Origin: Diadema antillarum
Taxonomy: Eukaryota
Assembly: GCF_040938485.1 (NCBI RefSeq)
Contig: NW_027271020.1
Span: 2,914,001 to 2,978,000, forward strand
Length of the DNA stretch: 64,000 bases
Direction: 5' to 3'
Shown: positions 11,370-24,429 of the stretch, one piece after another
Layout of the letters: the number at the start of each line of letters is the position of its first letter
How positions within the stretch are numbered: position 1 is the stretch's first letter
Notes under the pieces: generated by a model
What the model was told of the DNA's origin: nothing
Databases searched by the model: none
The model's input: only the letters and a program-made list of their open reading frames with translations
Program-made: the position numbers and the translations under genes

Positions 11370-12719
11370 CTACAATTTCTGCGTTGTCTCAACAGACTGT
11401 GCATCGTTCGGAATGCTGCAGCTGTTGTTAGAGTGCTTATCATCTTCTTGATTCCGAAGCCGTCTTTTCTCCGTCCACCATTGCCCTGCTGTCAAGCCAA
11501 CGAGACTGCCGACGATTATGAATGCTCCAGATATAGTAAAACCATTTGGGACCGTACCGAATATGAGAAAGTCGAGTATGAAGGTGAAGAAGACATCGGT
11601 TGTCCTGATCAAGGAAACGGTAGTAGCCGTCTCATACCTCATGGAGATGACGAAGGTAACTTGGAATGCGAAGGAGAATAGGGCATTGCAGATTAGAAAG
11701 ATTCGGCTCCTCCCACAAGGGGGAATTACCCAGTCTCCCAGCCCTGTGGTCATGGATCCACTGACCATCATCCCTACGATGCAGAGGGTGACCAACTGGA
11801 CCAGTGGGTGAACTCGGTAAGCTGCTATCTTCCGAAGAGAAACATAGATCGTCCCTATAAGGACAGCGCTGATGAGACAGAGGGTCGGTCCGAGAAAGGA
11901 GGACGATGACTCTTCGCCGCCGAAGAGGAATGGTGGTTGGATGACGAGGAACACTCCGCCAATCGTCGTTAGGGAGAAGATCACGTCAAAGATAGTGCAC
12001 GCGTCGCTGAGGAGGACACAGCTGAACAACCCCGTGAAGATTGGCGCACTGTAAGTAATGGCCTTGGCGCTGGCCACTGGCATAATCTGGTAAGCAAAGA
12101 ACACTAAGCAATTCACCGTGGATCCTATGACCGACCTTAAAATAATTAGAAACCACGCCTCCCTCGGGTACTTGAATGAGGCTTTCTGCCACGTGAGTAG
12201 CGGTATGGAGAACAGCAACTGCATGTACATTTGATTGAACACTATCTGATTCGAACTGACTGACTCTCCTATAAGAACAACCAACGTACTACAGATCGAC
12301 AACATAATTGTTGAAAACAGAGCGTAAATTTTGCCTTTCAGCCGAATCTGAGAGCAAGAAGTTCCTAAATATTTGCTTCTATTGTTTGATGCCAGAGAAC
12401 TGATCTCTGACGGAGCTGTCTCTTCTTTCACATTCAAAAACTCTCTGTCCTTGCTGCTGAATTCTGGATGGGTCGTCGTAATATTAGTCACTGGGTCATT
12501 ATGGTCGTCGCTGGCGGTTTCATAACCCTGGTTGACGAAAGCATTACTATTAAAGCCACTGCCTTCATCTGTGCCTTTCGCTGTGTGTGAATCGTAATGG
12601 CGTGTATTGCCGGAGTCCTCAAGTGTTTGAGAGGAAGTCGATCGCAAAGATTCGGAACTTGTTCCGCCATCTCGATTTATTTCTTGATGAGATCTGCTTT
12701 CCCGGACTGGATCCATCAT
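11370..12719 (-). CDS. SLC35G1-like: SLC35G-like EamA/DMT transporter, subtype A copy 2 (449 aa, intact, no coding introns)
   Basis: First ATG at 12719 (MMDPVRES; the track's start at 12743 is a TTG). Long acidic N-terminus followed by about 10 hydrophobic segments in two EamA-like repeats (LRSVIGS, MPVASAKAITYSAPIF, VIQPPFLFG, FLIFGTVP). Confidence 0.9.
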   Translation of the reverse strand: MMDPVRESRSHQEINRDGGTSSESLRSTSSQTLEDSGNTRHYDSHTAKGTDEGSGFNSNAFVNQGYETASDDHNDPVTNITTTHPEFSSKDREFLNVKEETAPSEISSLASNNRSKYLGTSCSQIRLKGKIYALFSTIMLSICSTLVVLIGESVSSNQIVFNQMYMQLLFSIPLLTWQKASFKYPREAWFLIILRSVIGSTVNCLVFFAYQIMPVASAKAITYSAPIFTGLFSCVLLSDACTIFDVIFSLTTIGGVFLVIQPPFLFGGEESSSSFLGPTLCLISAVLIGTIYVSLRKIAAYRVHPLVQLVTLCIVGMMVSGSMTTGLGDWVIPPCGRSRIFLICNALFSFAFQVTFVISMRYETATTVSLIRTTDVFFTFILDFLIFGTVPNGFTISGAFIIVGSLVGLTAGQWWTEKRRLRNQEDDKHSNNSCSIPNDAQSVETTQKL

Positions 12720-13781
12720 TTCAGAATCTGCATAGGCTGCCAAGCTAAGAATGACAGAGCAATCACAAGCAAAGTAATGAATAAAACATAATTTCTGCCT
12801 AAGGAAGTATGAATCACAAGAATATAGATGTAAGTGTAGGTGAATGCGATTAGGAGGTGGTATTGATTAGCAAATTTCACATCATTTTTATACTGAAAGT
12901 CAATTTAACGTAACTGCTAGGTGTACCAATAGTACTACATCGTTTGTATGATCAAAGGACACTAAAACCAAACACCGTGTTTTAATTAAATTTCAGCCAT
13001 TGCCTTCTCCGACACGGTGCACGCACGACGCTCAAGATTGTTATAGACAAGTTTTCCGTCATTCACTTTGATGTCCGAGGACATTCTCAACAGGACACTA
13101 AGTAACAAGGGCTGTATCAACGGTGTCTCCGTAACAACAGAGGTTACCCCTTTGTAATTGTACATTTTTTCCCATTGGCGAAAATGTTCGTTTTGATAAA
13201 TAATATACCATACAAAACGAAAAAAAAACGTTGGCATTCAAACACAAGTTATATTTTTCTTTTTAATGTAAGACAAAAATATCTAACTAGAAATGTTTTT
13301 ATTTTCAAAAAGATTTGTGATCATCACAAAATTGATGTTCTAAAGCAAAATTTGACATTCGAAATTCGGAAGACTGTACAAATTGTGTCCTCCGTTTTAT
13401 ATAGGAGTACTTAGACTGTTAAGGATATATCAGAATACATTTTGCAGAAGGTATTTCCATTGGGGGAAGGTTTCGAATCTATTTAATAACGAGTGAACAT
13501 GTAATGTTAGCAAGTTTGTCGTCGAAGATAATTCTTGCCTCAAAGTATGTTGTTAGTGTTCAATAGTTAAATGCTTCAATTGTCTTTATTTTCAAAAGCA
13601 TAAAAGCAGGTATATAATTAATTATACAGGCACCTTCACCTTACGGTCCATTTGCTCTCAGCACTGTTTTGCGCAAACAGATATTTCTTTGGAGCTGTAG
13701 GTGTTAAGTTGTTTTGAAATGTGTATATGAAGGAAATTGTGTTCTAGGCTTATTGTAGATTACAAAATTAACATACAAAAA

Positions 13782-14073
13782 TTTATATCGTCGCTTGGGT
13801 GACAAGACGTTGAATCTCCAATTCTAGCGAAAGTGATTTTTTTTTTTGGATTAATGGTGAGATGATCATTTTAGTGACATTCTGCCCAAATCCTAGCTGT
13901 CTTACCCCCAAAATGAAGCCACCATGCATGTCAAAAGAAAAGGCTATCCCATTTGAAATTGTGCTTTGGCTGCCACTTTTTTTGTTTTTGTTTTTGTTTT
14001 TTTTTGTCTTTGCTCTCCTGAACATTTGACACTTTTGAGTTACGAGGTCTTGTCGCCAAAGCGACGATGTAAA
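13782..14073. mobile_element. MITE-like foldback element
   Basis: About 27-bp imperfect inverted repeats TTTATATCGTCGCTTGGGTGACAAGAC / GTCTTGTCGCCAAAGCGACGATGTAAA, inside a ~1 kb stretch missing from the first duplicate. TSD not resolved. Confidence 0.45.
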
Positions 14074-15330
14074 CATATATATTAGACATTATTAAACACT
14101 TAGCCAAAAAAAAAAAGAAGGTTAACACCTTTGCCATTACATATTTCTCATAGAAGATTTTGGTACAAAAAAAAAAAATCATTTAGTCAAATACCACATT
14201 AAAGGTTATTCAATTGGCTATCAACCCAGTAGGTTATTATAATGATCAGTACTGATAATGATTAACATTATTGTTACGCATGAGTGAACACAGTCGGGTT
14301 TTTTGTCTTTAGAGGTATAAAAGCAAAAATTGCAGAAATTGATATTTTGTCATTCATTTGCGAATGCCCTTCAAGATAGCATTGATAAAAAAAAGGTCAA
14401 TTTAACATAATGACAGACATGAGCGAAAGGCAAAAGTTAGTTTTTGTTCCTTTGTATATCTTGATATTCTCAAACAAAAACAAAGTACGAAACTAAAGGG
14501 GAAAATGAGATTTTTTGGTAACCTCACATTTAATTGACAAAGGGACTAAGCCGCAAAGGTGATAAAATGGAAAGAATTTCTGAATTTCATTCTTTTAATT
14601 TAGGAATTTTCGAATTCATGAGAACTTTATACCATTTTCAATTTCCTTACTTCAAATAACATTCTTCATTTCTAAATTTTTCTAAATATTGCCTCTTCTT
14701 TGATATCATTTGATTTTTTTTTTTTTGCCTTCCTATATCTTTGGAGACTACAAAGATATTATGGGGATCAGAGAGTGATTTTTTCAAATCAATGTATGTT
14801 TGTTATTGTTTTGTTTCTTACTATTAAATGGAAGAGCACATATGCATGAATGAGAACTTGTCCATTTTCGCCATTTTTACTGTTGTGCCTTCGACGCATG
14901 TGTGCACTCATGCATTCAGTTTCTCTTTTTAATGACCCACCAGGTTGATAGCAAATTGAATTACCTTTAACATGGTATATGAAGCATTAATATTTAACCA
15001 AATTTCTACGATAAACAAGAGCTTGAAAAAGTGTTTGCTTTCTCTCTTTTGGTAGTTGTTTCTTTCGTCTTCTTCTTTTTTTTTTTTTGCTGAGTGTATG
15101 TACGTATTACACAGAACACGATTACGTTTTGCAGCAAGGAACAATCGAGATCTCCTAGCCTCATGGTGTAAAATGCTATTCTGTCCCACAAGACGGCATT
15201 AAATGAATTCAAACCCATCCCAATGACATTTCGAACCCTAGGGTCGAACATTATTCATGTTCCCTGAAGTCATATCATTCATGGTATCGAAAGACGACCG
15301 ACATCACACAACCGCAGCTGTAACAGACAT

Positions 15331-15332
<2 letters not shown>

Positions 15333-15367
<35 letters not shown>
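15333..15367. repeat. (GA)n microsatellite followed by poly-G
   Basis: Direct reading. Confidence 0.9.
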
Positions 15368-15369
<2 letters not shown>

Positions 15370-18106
15370 GGGGGGGGGGGGGAGGGGGAGGTGTTCGACT
15401 AACAGCACATGACAACTGTTATAAAATCATGTCTTAATGAAGAATTCTCAGGACGTTTGTATGCGAAATTTATGCAGCTGCTTGGTCAGTTGTGAACGTA
15501 TTTAAACTATCACAACCAGACAGACAGATGCATGTCACCAAAACAAACAACCGACATTTGACAGTAATTTGTTAAAAAGTACTTTTGGCTTGTATTTATA
15601 AGTTGACTGTGTAACGCAAACAAAAAAAGGATGGCGAAAGTTTTATTAGCGATTGAGACATTTAGATTAATATTCAGATTAAGATTTTGAAGTTTTCCAC
15701 AATTTCACGAAACTCTATTACCACTCTGCAGCTTCCAGGATGTCATACTTGTTTTTTATCACAATATGATTTTCTTGTCCTTTGTCCGGTTATCATTAAC
15801 ACTCGAACGTTCGATTTGGTTCTACTTCCTCGCCGCAACTGAACTTTCTAGGGCGATATTGCACTCTCCCACCAACTAACTGCACAGCATACATGTGTCA
15901 TAAAATTCACGACATTGTTATGATTGTGAACTTACCTACAATATCAACTGCACTGGAAACAGGTTGTCACATCAATATACGTTTGAATGTGTCTCTCTTG
16001 ATGTTTGATAATCGACGTCTGATGGGCTTATCTCGAACAAACGAGGACCTTCGCCATACAGCTAATCGTTCATAAAGGTTGACACATAGGAAAACGTAAC
16101 GCCAGGCCCCTTTTGTATAATGCAGACCTAAGATTGTGCATAGTCAATCATCTTCCGTTCAGAAGCATTACTCATGAAAACATCAGCTGTTATCAAGCTT
16201 ATGTTTCATTTAATATCTGCATTAATAACTGGTGCAATGTGTTCGTTACTGTTTAACCCAGCCGGTCGGTAATAACAGAACTTTGAACATCGCTCAGGGT
16301 CGATTTGCATACTTCATGTTGAATCTGCCTCTATCATTCGCTCTTTATCTCTCAGTTCCTCCCTCTTTTTACACAAATACACACACACACACAAATAATA
16401 TATATATATAGCTTGTTTGTGTGCGTGTGTGTGTCTGTGTGTGTATGTTTGCGCGTATGAAGAGTTTGATTTCAAAACGGGTTGCGTGCCACTTTCAAGG
16501 ATCGATCTGAAAGGAAGTCCATATCAGATAGAGTAATACAAACTTTCCAGTAATACCTCACTGGTTATGTAACCAGAAATATTATTCTTGATATTACCAT
16601 TGAAGGTTCATCACATACAGGTTTGCATTGCCTTCTTATTTTAACAGTTTTAATCGCAAATATCTCAAATTAACATGAATGGACTTGTTTTACGATCAAA
16701 CTGTTCATACACTCATTCATTGATAATGATACAAAGACTTTAATTCGTTATGTAGGTATAATGACAGTAATATTAATGATGCTTTCTTTTTCTCAAACAA
16801 TTTGTGTTTAATAGTAAATTAAGCACCCGTATTCGAGATTTTTAGAGGTGACACCGTAAAAAAAAATAATGAAATATCTAGAAACAAAATGTAAAATACT
16901 TTTGGTTCATTGCATTTTAACCAATATATTGCGGCCTCCTGCCTCATTCTGTCCACTAAAAAATCTCCCTCGGAGAAAAGCCATGTTAAACCCCGTGACG
17001 TGCACTGAGGTCGCCTGTCTAAAGCGATCAGCGGCTGCCAATCTTGTATCCGGTGGTCGATTTTCACCTGTATATAGCGGCCACGGACCCAAAGAGAGCC
17101 GAAGTCGAGCCGAAAATGAAAGTGTACCATTACTATGGAAATCAAATTTGTGTAGAGCAAGGATACAAAAAAAAAGCAATAATTCACCTGTAATAGCCCC
17201 TGAAAGTATACATATTATTTCGATAAGTTAGATCATAACTCTGTAACAATTTGGCACTTCCGAGCGTTAAAGTTCTGTTCCGTAAGCGCCGGTACCCCAT
17301 ACTGATGTGGGCGCGTTCTAGCTATATTCGTATGTTTTGAAGATTCCATGGTATATTACTGCTGCATTGGCTGGAAGCAGAAAATTTCAGATGATGAAAT
17401 AGTATTATGAAAAGATGATAAAGCTTTGATAATCTCCAGAAATTGGAAGGGTATTTTCAAGTGGAAGTATATCTTATTAAGTTCAAAATCTTTTAGTATA
17501 CACAAACATTATGCTGAAAAAGTCAGTGAACCATCAATTTAAGATATTGAATCAAAAAATTTCACGCGCTACAATAATTCTATCCCAGTAATCTTTACTT
17601 ACACACACACAAAAACGCACACCATCATGTATCGTCCTTTCCGTGTGTATGCGTCCTTGTGTATTGACATGTGCTAGACTATGGGCATGCGGATGCCAGT
17701 ATGGATACGTGTTTACTGTCTGCATAATTTTTAATTTCAATAATATTGGTTGGAGTAAAGGAATCATGATTTTTTTTTTCTTTTATACTCATTCGTTGGT
17801 ACAGATTGATTAAAACATACTTATACAATGGTGACATACGAGCATTTTTGTCATAATTTGCTTTCTATAGTATCAGTCCAGTAATAGTCCTATTTGTATC
17901 TGATGAGTAAATCTGTGGAATAACAATTTGGCAGGGTTTACTTGTGAAGTATATTATGGAGGATGCTGTGTAATATTCATATTTGTGTATTATTGTATTA
18001 TATGTCGTAATATTTTTGTGCAATATATTAACATTAAATGATGCAATTTCCTATGTGGATTTTTGTATGATAGCTGAATATGTTCTATTCAATTTGGAGG
18101 TATTAA

Positions 18107-18502
18107 AGGGACTGTACAGCGCTGGTTGAGGTGAGGATTCAGGTTTATAACATTTCTAAGTGAGATAATACAGAAACTTCTTAAGAAATATGAAAGAGCA
18201 TGTAATTTCAAGAATGATTCAACGTTTATTTGATGAAAATTGGTATTCAAATGGCTTGGATATCCCCCCCCCCCAAAAAAAAGTGATAGTAATAACAGGC
18301 GACAGGCCGCGAATTTTATTAGGATCTCTTTGTTTCCCCTTGTTTTTGGATATCTCAGCCATTTCAAAACCGATTTTCATCAAATAAACTTTTGATTCCC
18401 ATTAGAATTGCATGCTCTTTGACATCTCATAGAGTGGTTTCTGAATATCTCGCAAAACGTTAAAAGCTAAATCTTCACCTCAACCAGAACGGTACAGTCC
18501 CT
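18107..18502. mobile_element. Kolobok-like MITE
   Basis: TTAA|AGGGACTGTACAGCGCTGGTTGAGGTGA ... TCACCTCAACCAGAACGGTACAGTCCCT. The right TSD is degenerate. Empty sites near 3970, 30760 and 43250. Confidence 0.7.
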
Positions 18503-20875
18503 ATAGATGTCATTGCAATGTATTCTACCCTTCGGGTTACGACTTTGAAAGTTTTCACAAAATAAATCATTCCAATAATAATAACAATAATAACAATTAT
18601 AATAACACCATTTACACGCACACACAACAACAACAACAACAACAACAGATAAAGCATCATTATGTCTTCATTATTCAATGTTATGTATTGTATCTATAAT
18701 ACATCATGGTATCACACAAACGGAGATAGAGCACGACACTAATCGAGATTAGCAATTCTCGTTGCCATGTTGTCCGGTCTGCGGATCTGCGCAGTTAAGT
18801 AAACATAAAACGAAGTGATACTGCATGTTCCAAAACTCAGATGTAGTCAACTGCTTACCACGGACAAGAGGTAAGAAAATATTGTTGACAGAATCCTAAA
18901 TTGTATTCTCTCCGCTTGAGAACCATAACGCCTATAGAATCAGCCTTTTCCAGTCTCTGTCGTCAGGAAATGATAAGCCTCAGATACAGATAACAGTAAA
19001 GGCGAGAAAACTCTGCCATGCTGTTGCGTATTAATCATAAAAGCATCTTCCACAAGAATTCTTTCGCATAATTTGAAACTTGTTGCATGGTTAAATATCT
19101 TTAGAACAAGAAAGAAGAAAAAAAATCCTCATATCTCAATATTTTCCATGCATGTAAAAAAGCTTTAACCACATGTTCCGACTTACTCTCCTTAGGCCAT
19201 TACATAGGCATGACATGACATTACTTTACATTTACATTTTGTTTTCCACATCACAATGACGTACGTAATATGTACTTCTGCAAATCAACATCATTACAGC
19301 ACAACACACACCTCACTTTCTGCACGTCCTCGGCACTGCTGCTCATTCAGATATGTCAAATTTCCTCAAATCAGATGTACGCTTTATTTCATTTAATGTT
19401 GTAACATATTCACCTTGGGCCATTCCCTTGTCAATCACTGATTATCACGATTGTTCCTTGCATGTCTAATAATATCTTCTCGAAATCTTTTAGTACTCGA
19501 ACTGTTTACTCTGTCAATTCCTTCAGTATGACATTATATTATTCCCTCGGTTTTCCCTACAATTGAGCTACATACATGTATATTTACGGATGTGATTCAT
19601 GGTGTGATCATGCCGACATGGACTTTTTTTTTAAATCTTGTTTTTTCTGTATTGTAAATGAAACGCAGAAATAAGAATGGATTAAACTGGACGGAAATAT
19701 GGCATGAGGTCTCGTAAATATAGTATCAAGATGATTGAAAATATCGAACATGAACGGATTTTTTTTTTGGTTTTGTTTGTTTGTTTGTTTTAATACATAA
19801 TTATTATAAAATGAGGTGAACATAGTCTCTTATGGACGGTTCGACTGCCCTACTGATTTTAACAAATAAAATCGATAATTTAATATGTTAGTTTTTTATT
19901 ATACAATTTAGTTGTATAATGTGATTTGTCATATGATTATGTAAAATAAGATTACCTGTTTCTTTAAGCCTAAGCATTGTCACTGTAGATGTATCATGTT
20001 GAAGTATCATTTCATGCTTATGGTGAGCACCCTATGAAGGGAAGGGGGCTGTTTTGAGCCAACTCGAGCGGACACCGTGTGAATATGTTGTAAAAATAGG
20101 TTTTTGTTAAACTGAAGAACTGTTCATAGTTAAAGGTATTAGCCATGGATGCCATGGAATATCATATCTATCATGTAGATAGATCTGAAATTTGTCATTG
20201 AACTTTACAAATTCTATAACTCGTTACATGTCAAACTTCGGTAATGGTTGATTTACCTTTGATTCACGATCTGAAGTATATCATATTCAAAAATGTACAT
20301 TCTTTGTATATATATTTCACTGTAATTGTGTTGTTGTTTGGCCAACTAAATGCTACCTCTAATCTTAAAAATCGCATCTGGAACAATCGAGTAATGGAGA
20401 ACCAATACCTAGATATTATTCTCTCTACAAAATCACATTTTCAATCATTCGCAAGGCTTTCCCCTCATTATCTTTAATAATTCTTCACCCTCATCGTATC
20501 ACGATGATAACCTCGCGATTGTAGCTCTTTACAGAATTCGAAAGAGGAATTAATTTGAAGGTAAGATGTCATCGGAATTGATATTGAAATTGGTATGGCA
20601 TTAGAGAAACCATCTTTATAAAATGATAGACAAATAGTGATATATTAAATATTCATAGTAAGATTGTACATCGAACAGAGAAAGAAACCACATTCTTTCG
20701 CATACATAGATTGAACTCTGACGTATACAACATATGTCAGAGTTACTAGAGACAGTGTTGCATCTGCTAATATTTCTAGATATCTGCGAAGTGAAGAAAT
20801 TGCCGAGTTTCACAAATTCCTCTACAGAAGATTTGACAATTTTCCTTGTGAATATAGAAAAGCATTGCCATTTAA

Positions 20876-21120
20876 AGGTATACTGTTTCCCATTTGGAGC
20901 AGTGATTTTAAAAATGTTCAAGATAACACATTTGATGCATATGTGAAGGTCAGTTGTATCACAAAACATCCTACCATGTAACAATTTTGTAATAAAGCCT
21001 AAAATATAAGGAGATGTCACTATTTTTCTCAATAAACCATAACTGTAGACGGTTTAGTTTAGAAACATTTTATCATAACTATTGTTCACATTTTGTATAT
21101 TCAATATTATTTAACATTAA
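20876..21120 (+). mobile_element. Truncated Kolobok-like MITE (same family as 23528-23902)
   Basis: TTAA|AGGTATACTGTTTCCCATTTGG start. About 230 bp similar to 23530-23770 and absent from paralogous units. Confidence 0.55.
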
Positions 21121-21578
21121 TAAATATCAGCGACGTGAAGGGATTGAAGAGTTTCACAAATATCCACATAACATTTTACAATTTCCCTTGTAAAGATACG
21201 GGGATAAAGATGGATTTCAACAATTTCCATTGTGGTGTTTCGCTTTCACGCAAAGACTTTAGGGTGTCTCAGGCAACTCTAGAACCTGTCGCGCCTCTGG
21301 ACGTTTCTGTGAGTAGTGGAAATGACAGGGGTCAATTTCAGAACAGTGTCATTAATAAAATACTACCGAATTCCTGTTGCTTCGACTACTTTGGTTTGCT
21401 CATGAATGTCAAGCCTTATGACCTCGGCGAAACATATGACTGAAAATTTTCTTCGTATAACAAAATTCCAAAAGAAACGAAGAAGAAAACCAAGAAGAAG
21501 GTAAAGATCTAAAGCCGTGTGCTCAGGACATTACTGGAATTTTACCTACACCTCGAAAGGAATCAAGAAGAACAATGA

Positions 21579-22808
21579 TTAAATACCAGTGTCTTCTGAA
21601 ACGATACTACTACATCCGTCATCATTCTGACAACTCAGTTCTTCGCTGTCATCTTCATCCGTTTTCTTCCTTGTGACAAACCATTGTTTTCCTACAATTC
21701 CTACAAAGCTCGCTATGATAAGCACAGTTCCTAACAGCGATACCCAATTCGGAACGACACCGAAGAACACAAATTCTAGCACAAATGAAAACAGGACGTC
21801 GCTGGAGTGATAGAGGGACACATTGGGGGCCCTCTCGTACTTCAGGGCGAGATAGATGAGTATTTGGGAGAAAAAGTTGATGAGGCCGTTAGCAATTAGT
21901 GCAAAGCGATCCAGCCCACATTTAGGAAGAGTCCACTGGTTTGGGAAGGACGTAAAGAGGGCAGTGAAACCGGTAGCGGTCAGAGAATATATGGTCAGCA
22001 TTCCTAGAGACGAGATACCCATGGAGGCAAGTTTTCGCTGGAGGATGAGAATGATCGCGGAGAGAAAGGCTGAAATCAAGCAAATGATTGCACCAAGGAC
22101 GCTGGAGCTGGATGCTGAAGTCACCGAATCGAGAGCATCGAAAAGGAACGGGGGCTGCGCTACCAGCATGACACCCGTTAGGGTCACCAGTCCGAGGACG
22201 ACATCGAGGAAGGAGCATGCCTCTTTGAGAAGCAACCAGCTGAGGAGGCCAGCGAAGATAGGACAGCTGTACATGATGGCTTTCGCGTTGGCCACCGGCA
22301 TGAGGGTGTATGCGATGAAGACAAGTGAAGTGTTCAGAGACCCGAGGATGGAGCGTAAAAGCAGGAGGGCATACCCTTGTCGAGTATAATTGAAAGATAG
22401 CTGCTTCCAAGCAGCGATTGGAAGACAAACTACAAGCTGCATCATCATCCGGGTGAAGGCAACCTCGTTAGGGCTAATGTAGACTGTCAAATGTCGCACG
22501 GACATCGCTGCAAGCGAAATGATGGCGGCCGAAGTCAGAGTATACCAAACACCTTTCCAACTCAACACCACCTCCCAGCAGTTCGATATTGCCCCTCTGC
22601 TAACTGCCTTTTCTGCCTCCACTTCTTTTTCCGACGTACTTGGCATTTGTTCATTTTCATGAACGCGTATTCCTCTGTCGTTACAACAAAATGCATTCCT
22701 ACTAAAGTCACATGATTCAGCACCGTTTCCAGTTTCGATTTTCTCTCGCAAACTGTCATCATCCTGCTCACTCTGTCGTTTCGCACTTGCACAGTTGTTG
22801 TCAGCCAT
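21579..22808 (-). CDS. SLC35G1-like: SLC35G-like EamA/DMT transporter, subtype B copy 1 (409 aa, intact)
   Basis: ATG-to-TAA ORF with NEVAFTR, LRSILGS, MPVANAKAIMYSCPIFAGLLSWLLLKE, VAQPPFLF and FVFFGVVP motifs and about 10 TM segments. Confidence 0.92.
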   Translation of the reverse strand: MADNNCASAKRQSEQDDDSLREKIETGNGAESCDFSRNAFCCNDRGIRVHENEQMPSTSEKEVEAEKAVSRGAISNCWEVVLSWKGVWYTLTSAAIISLAAMSVRHLTVYISPNEVAFTRMMMQLVVCLPIAAWKQLSFNYTRQGYALLLLRSILGSLNTSLVFIAYTLMPVANAKAIMYSCPIFAGLLSWLLLKEACSFLDVVLGLVTLTGVMLVAQPPFLFDALDSVTSASSSSVLGAIICLISAFLSAIILILQRKLASMGISSLGMLTIYSLTATGFTALFTSFPNQWTLPKCGLDRFALIANGLINFFSQILIYLALKYERAPNVSLYHSSDVLFSFVLEFVFFGVVPNWVSLLGTVLIIASFVGIVGKQWFVTRKKTDEDDSEELSCQNDDGCSSIVSEDTGI

Positions 22809-23527
22809 TTTGAGGATGGTTTCTCAGTCTGAGAAATATATCCTACGATTTGCAGCGCACTCATACCGTTCGACATGAATGTGAATCAGAAGTTTGTAGA
22901 GTCCAGTTTCATTGCCCCGATGACGTAACTCCTTGCCTTTGGTCGAGGTTTTAGATAATGTATTTGTCTTCTTTATTAGTTGCGATTGCCAAAAGATGGG
23001 CAAGACAGGTTCGGTCCAAAGTCCTGCATGATGTCTGAGATGTCCTGTGCAATGTCACGAGACTTGATATGACATAACATTGCCAGTTCTCTCTTCTCTC
23101 TTTCTTCTGCATATTCGTCGTCTTTATCACCATCCTTCTTCCCCCAATTGGAGGTAGCGACGGAAATTTGGAGCGTAAGCACAATTTGCTAGTATACCTT
23201 AACATTGAATTTGTATCCCGTGTTTCGCCAGAAACTGTAAATTAGATTAGATTAGAGCAGTAAAGCATTGTTTACTAATGGAGTGTTATCTGGTGTACTA
23301 CCCTGTCATTACGGAATAGCATCTTGTATAATGACGTATACAAGTGATGTACATTGTATAAGACCATACAAACACAACGTGGGCACTAAAAGTGGTTGCG
23401 GTTGAATTTCATACGAGATACCCAACAGCAAAACTAAATGTTCCCCTTAAATGAGCCTTATCTGGTATATCTTTGGTGGGTGCTTACGAATTTCTCCGTT
23501 ATAGATTTCATTCGAACTCTCTGATAG

Positions 23528-23902
23528 TAAAGTACTGTTTACCATTGGGAGCAGTGATTTCAAAAATGTTAAAGATAACTTATTTGATGCCTATGTGTAG
23601 GTCAGTTGCATCACAAAACATCCTACCATCTGTGACCTTGTAAAAAAATTGCAATAAAGTCTAAAACATAAACAGATATCGTTATTTTTTCTCAAGAAAC
23701 CATAACTGTAGACGGTTTAGTTTAAAAACATATTTATTATAAGTATTGTTCACATTTTGTATATTAAACAATAATCAAAATTAATCATACTGATTCAAAT
23801 TTTTCCATTAGTTGTTTCTATCCCTAATTCATATTTTAGAACTGTTTTAGGCACTTAAGTTGGGTTTCTGTTTCATCTGCAAATGGTAAAGTATGCTCTT
23901 AA
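23528..23902 (+). mobile_element. Kolobok-like MITE
   Basis: Degenerate inverted ends AAAGTACTGTTTACCATTGG / CAAATGGTAAAGTATGCTCT|TAA. Insertion relative to about 35000 and about 47660. Confidence 0.5.
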
Positions 23903-24429
23903 CCTGGCGTACCTTATATTTCAACATCAATAACAAAGAAAAAAACACAGAATGAGTAATTTTCCATTACACTTCAGATGGAGAACCAAGGAATTGGCCT
24001 ACGACAAGCTCTATCTTTGGAAGTCATATATCCTTGTGCTTAAGTCACTATAGTTCCGAAAGATGGAGATAACTTCATAGATTTAGCCACTTTACCTTGC
24101 TATTTAGTATCATCTTGATCGCTGCTGCGACCAGTATTTGTATTAAGAATTCAGGCATGTTTTTTTTTTGCCAAGCTGTTTACCCTTTTACACCGTCAAC
24201 ACAATCTCAAGTCAGACGCACATTAAATATCTCACGCACTGTCCGTTGTGGAAATGGGTTCTTCATGCAGTCAAGTTTTTCTTTTCTTCACTTTTAAATT
24301 GCAAAACATAAAAAAGGACTCGAGCTCAAACTTAAGAGCTTATGATTATCATGATAATATTGTCCGAGGGTGCCCCCTTGTATTACCACTATTTCGCAAG
24401 CACCCTGCCATAATAATTATAGTAATTAC

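Larger units (their letters stand above)
12745..15935 (-). other. Putative 5'UTR intron of gene A2
   Basis: Perfect donor AG|GTAAGT (intron starts 15935) and acceptor ctgtcattcttag| (12745). The upstream exon has a stop in the joining frame, so it would be non-coding. Confidence 0.5.
12159..21500 (+). repeat. Segmental duplicate of about 1-9340 (A gene 5' half plus spacer)
   Basis: Colinear similarity, e.g. 1 vs 12159, 2161 vs 15281, 4141 vs 18680, 9225 vs 21420, differing by mobile-element insertions. Confidence 0.9.

Noticed and set aside
11310-12791. Plus-strand ORFs overlapping the transporter genes (also near 21856-22715, 25375-26022, 39640-40480, 49649-50524)
   Set aside because: Antisense shadows of GC-richer coding sequence. 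Their similarity between copies follows from the duplication.
16869-17231. Overlapping 90-122 aa ORFs in a GC-richer patch
   Set aside because: No recognisable motif. The patch adjoins a repeat also found near 29690, so it is probably repeat-derived.
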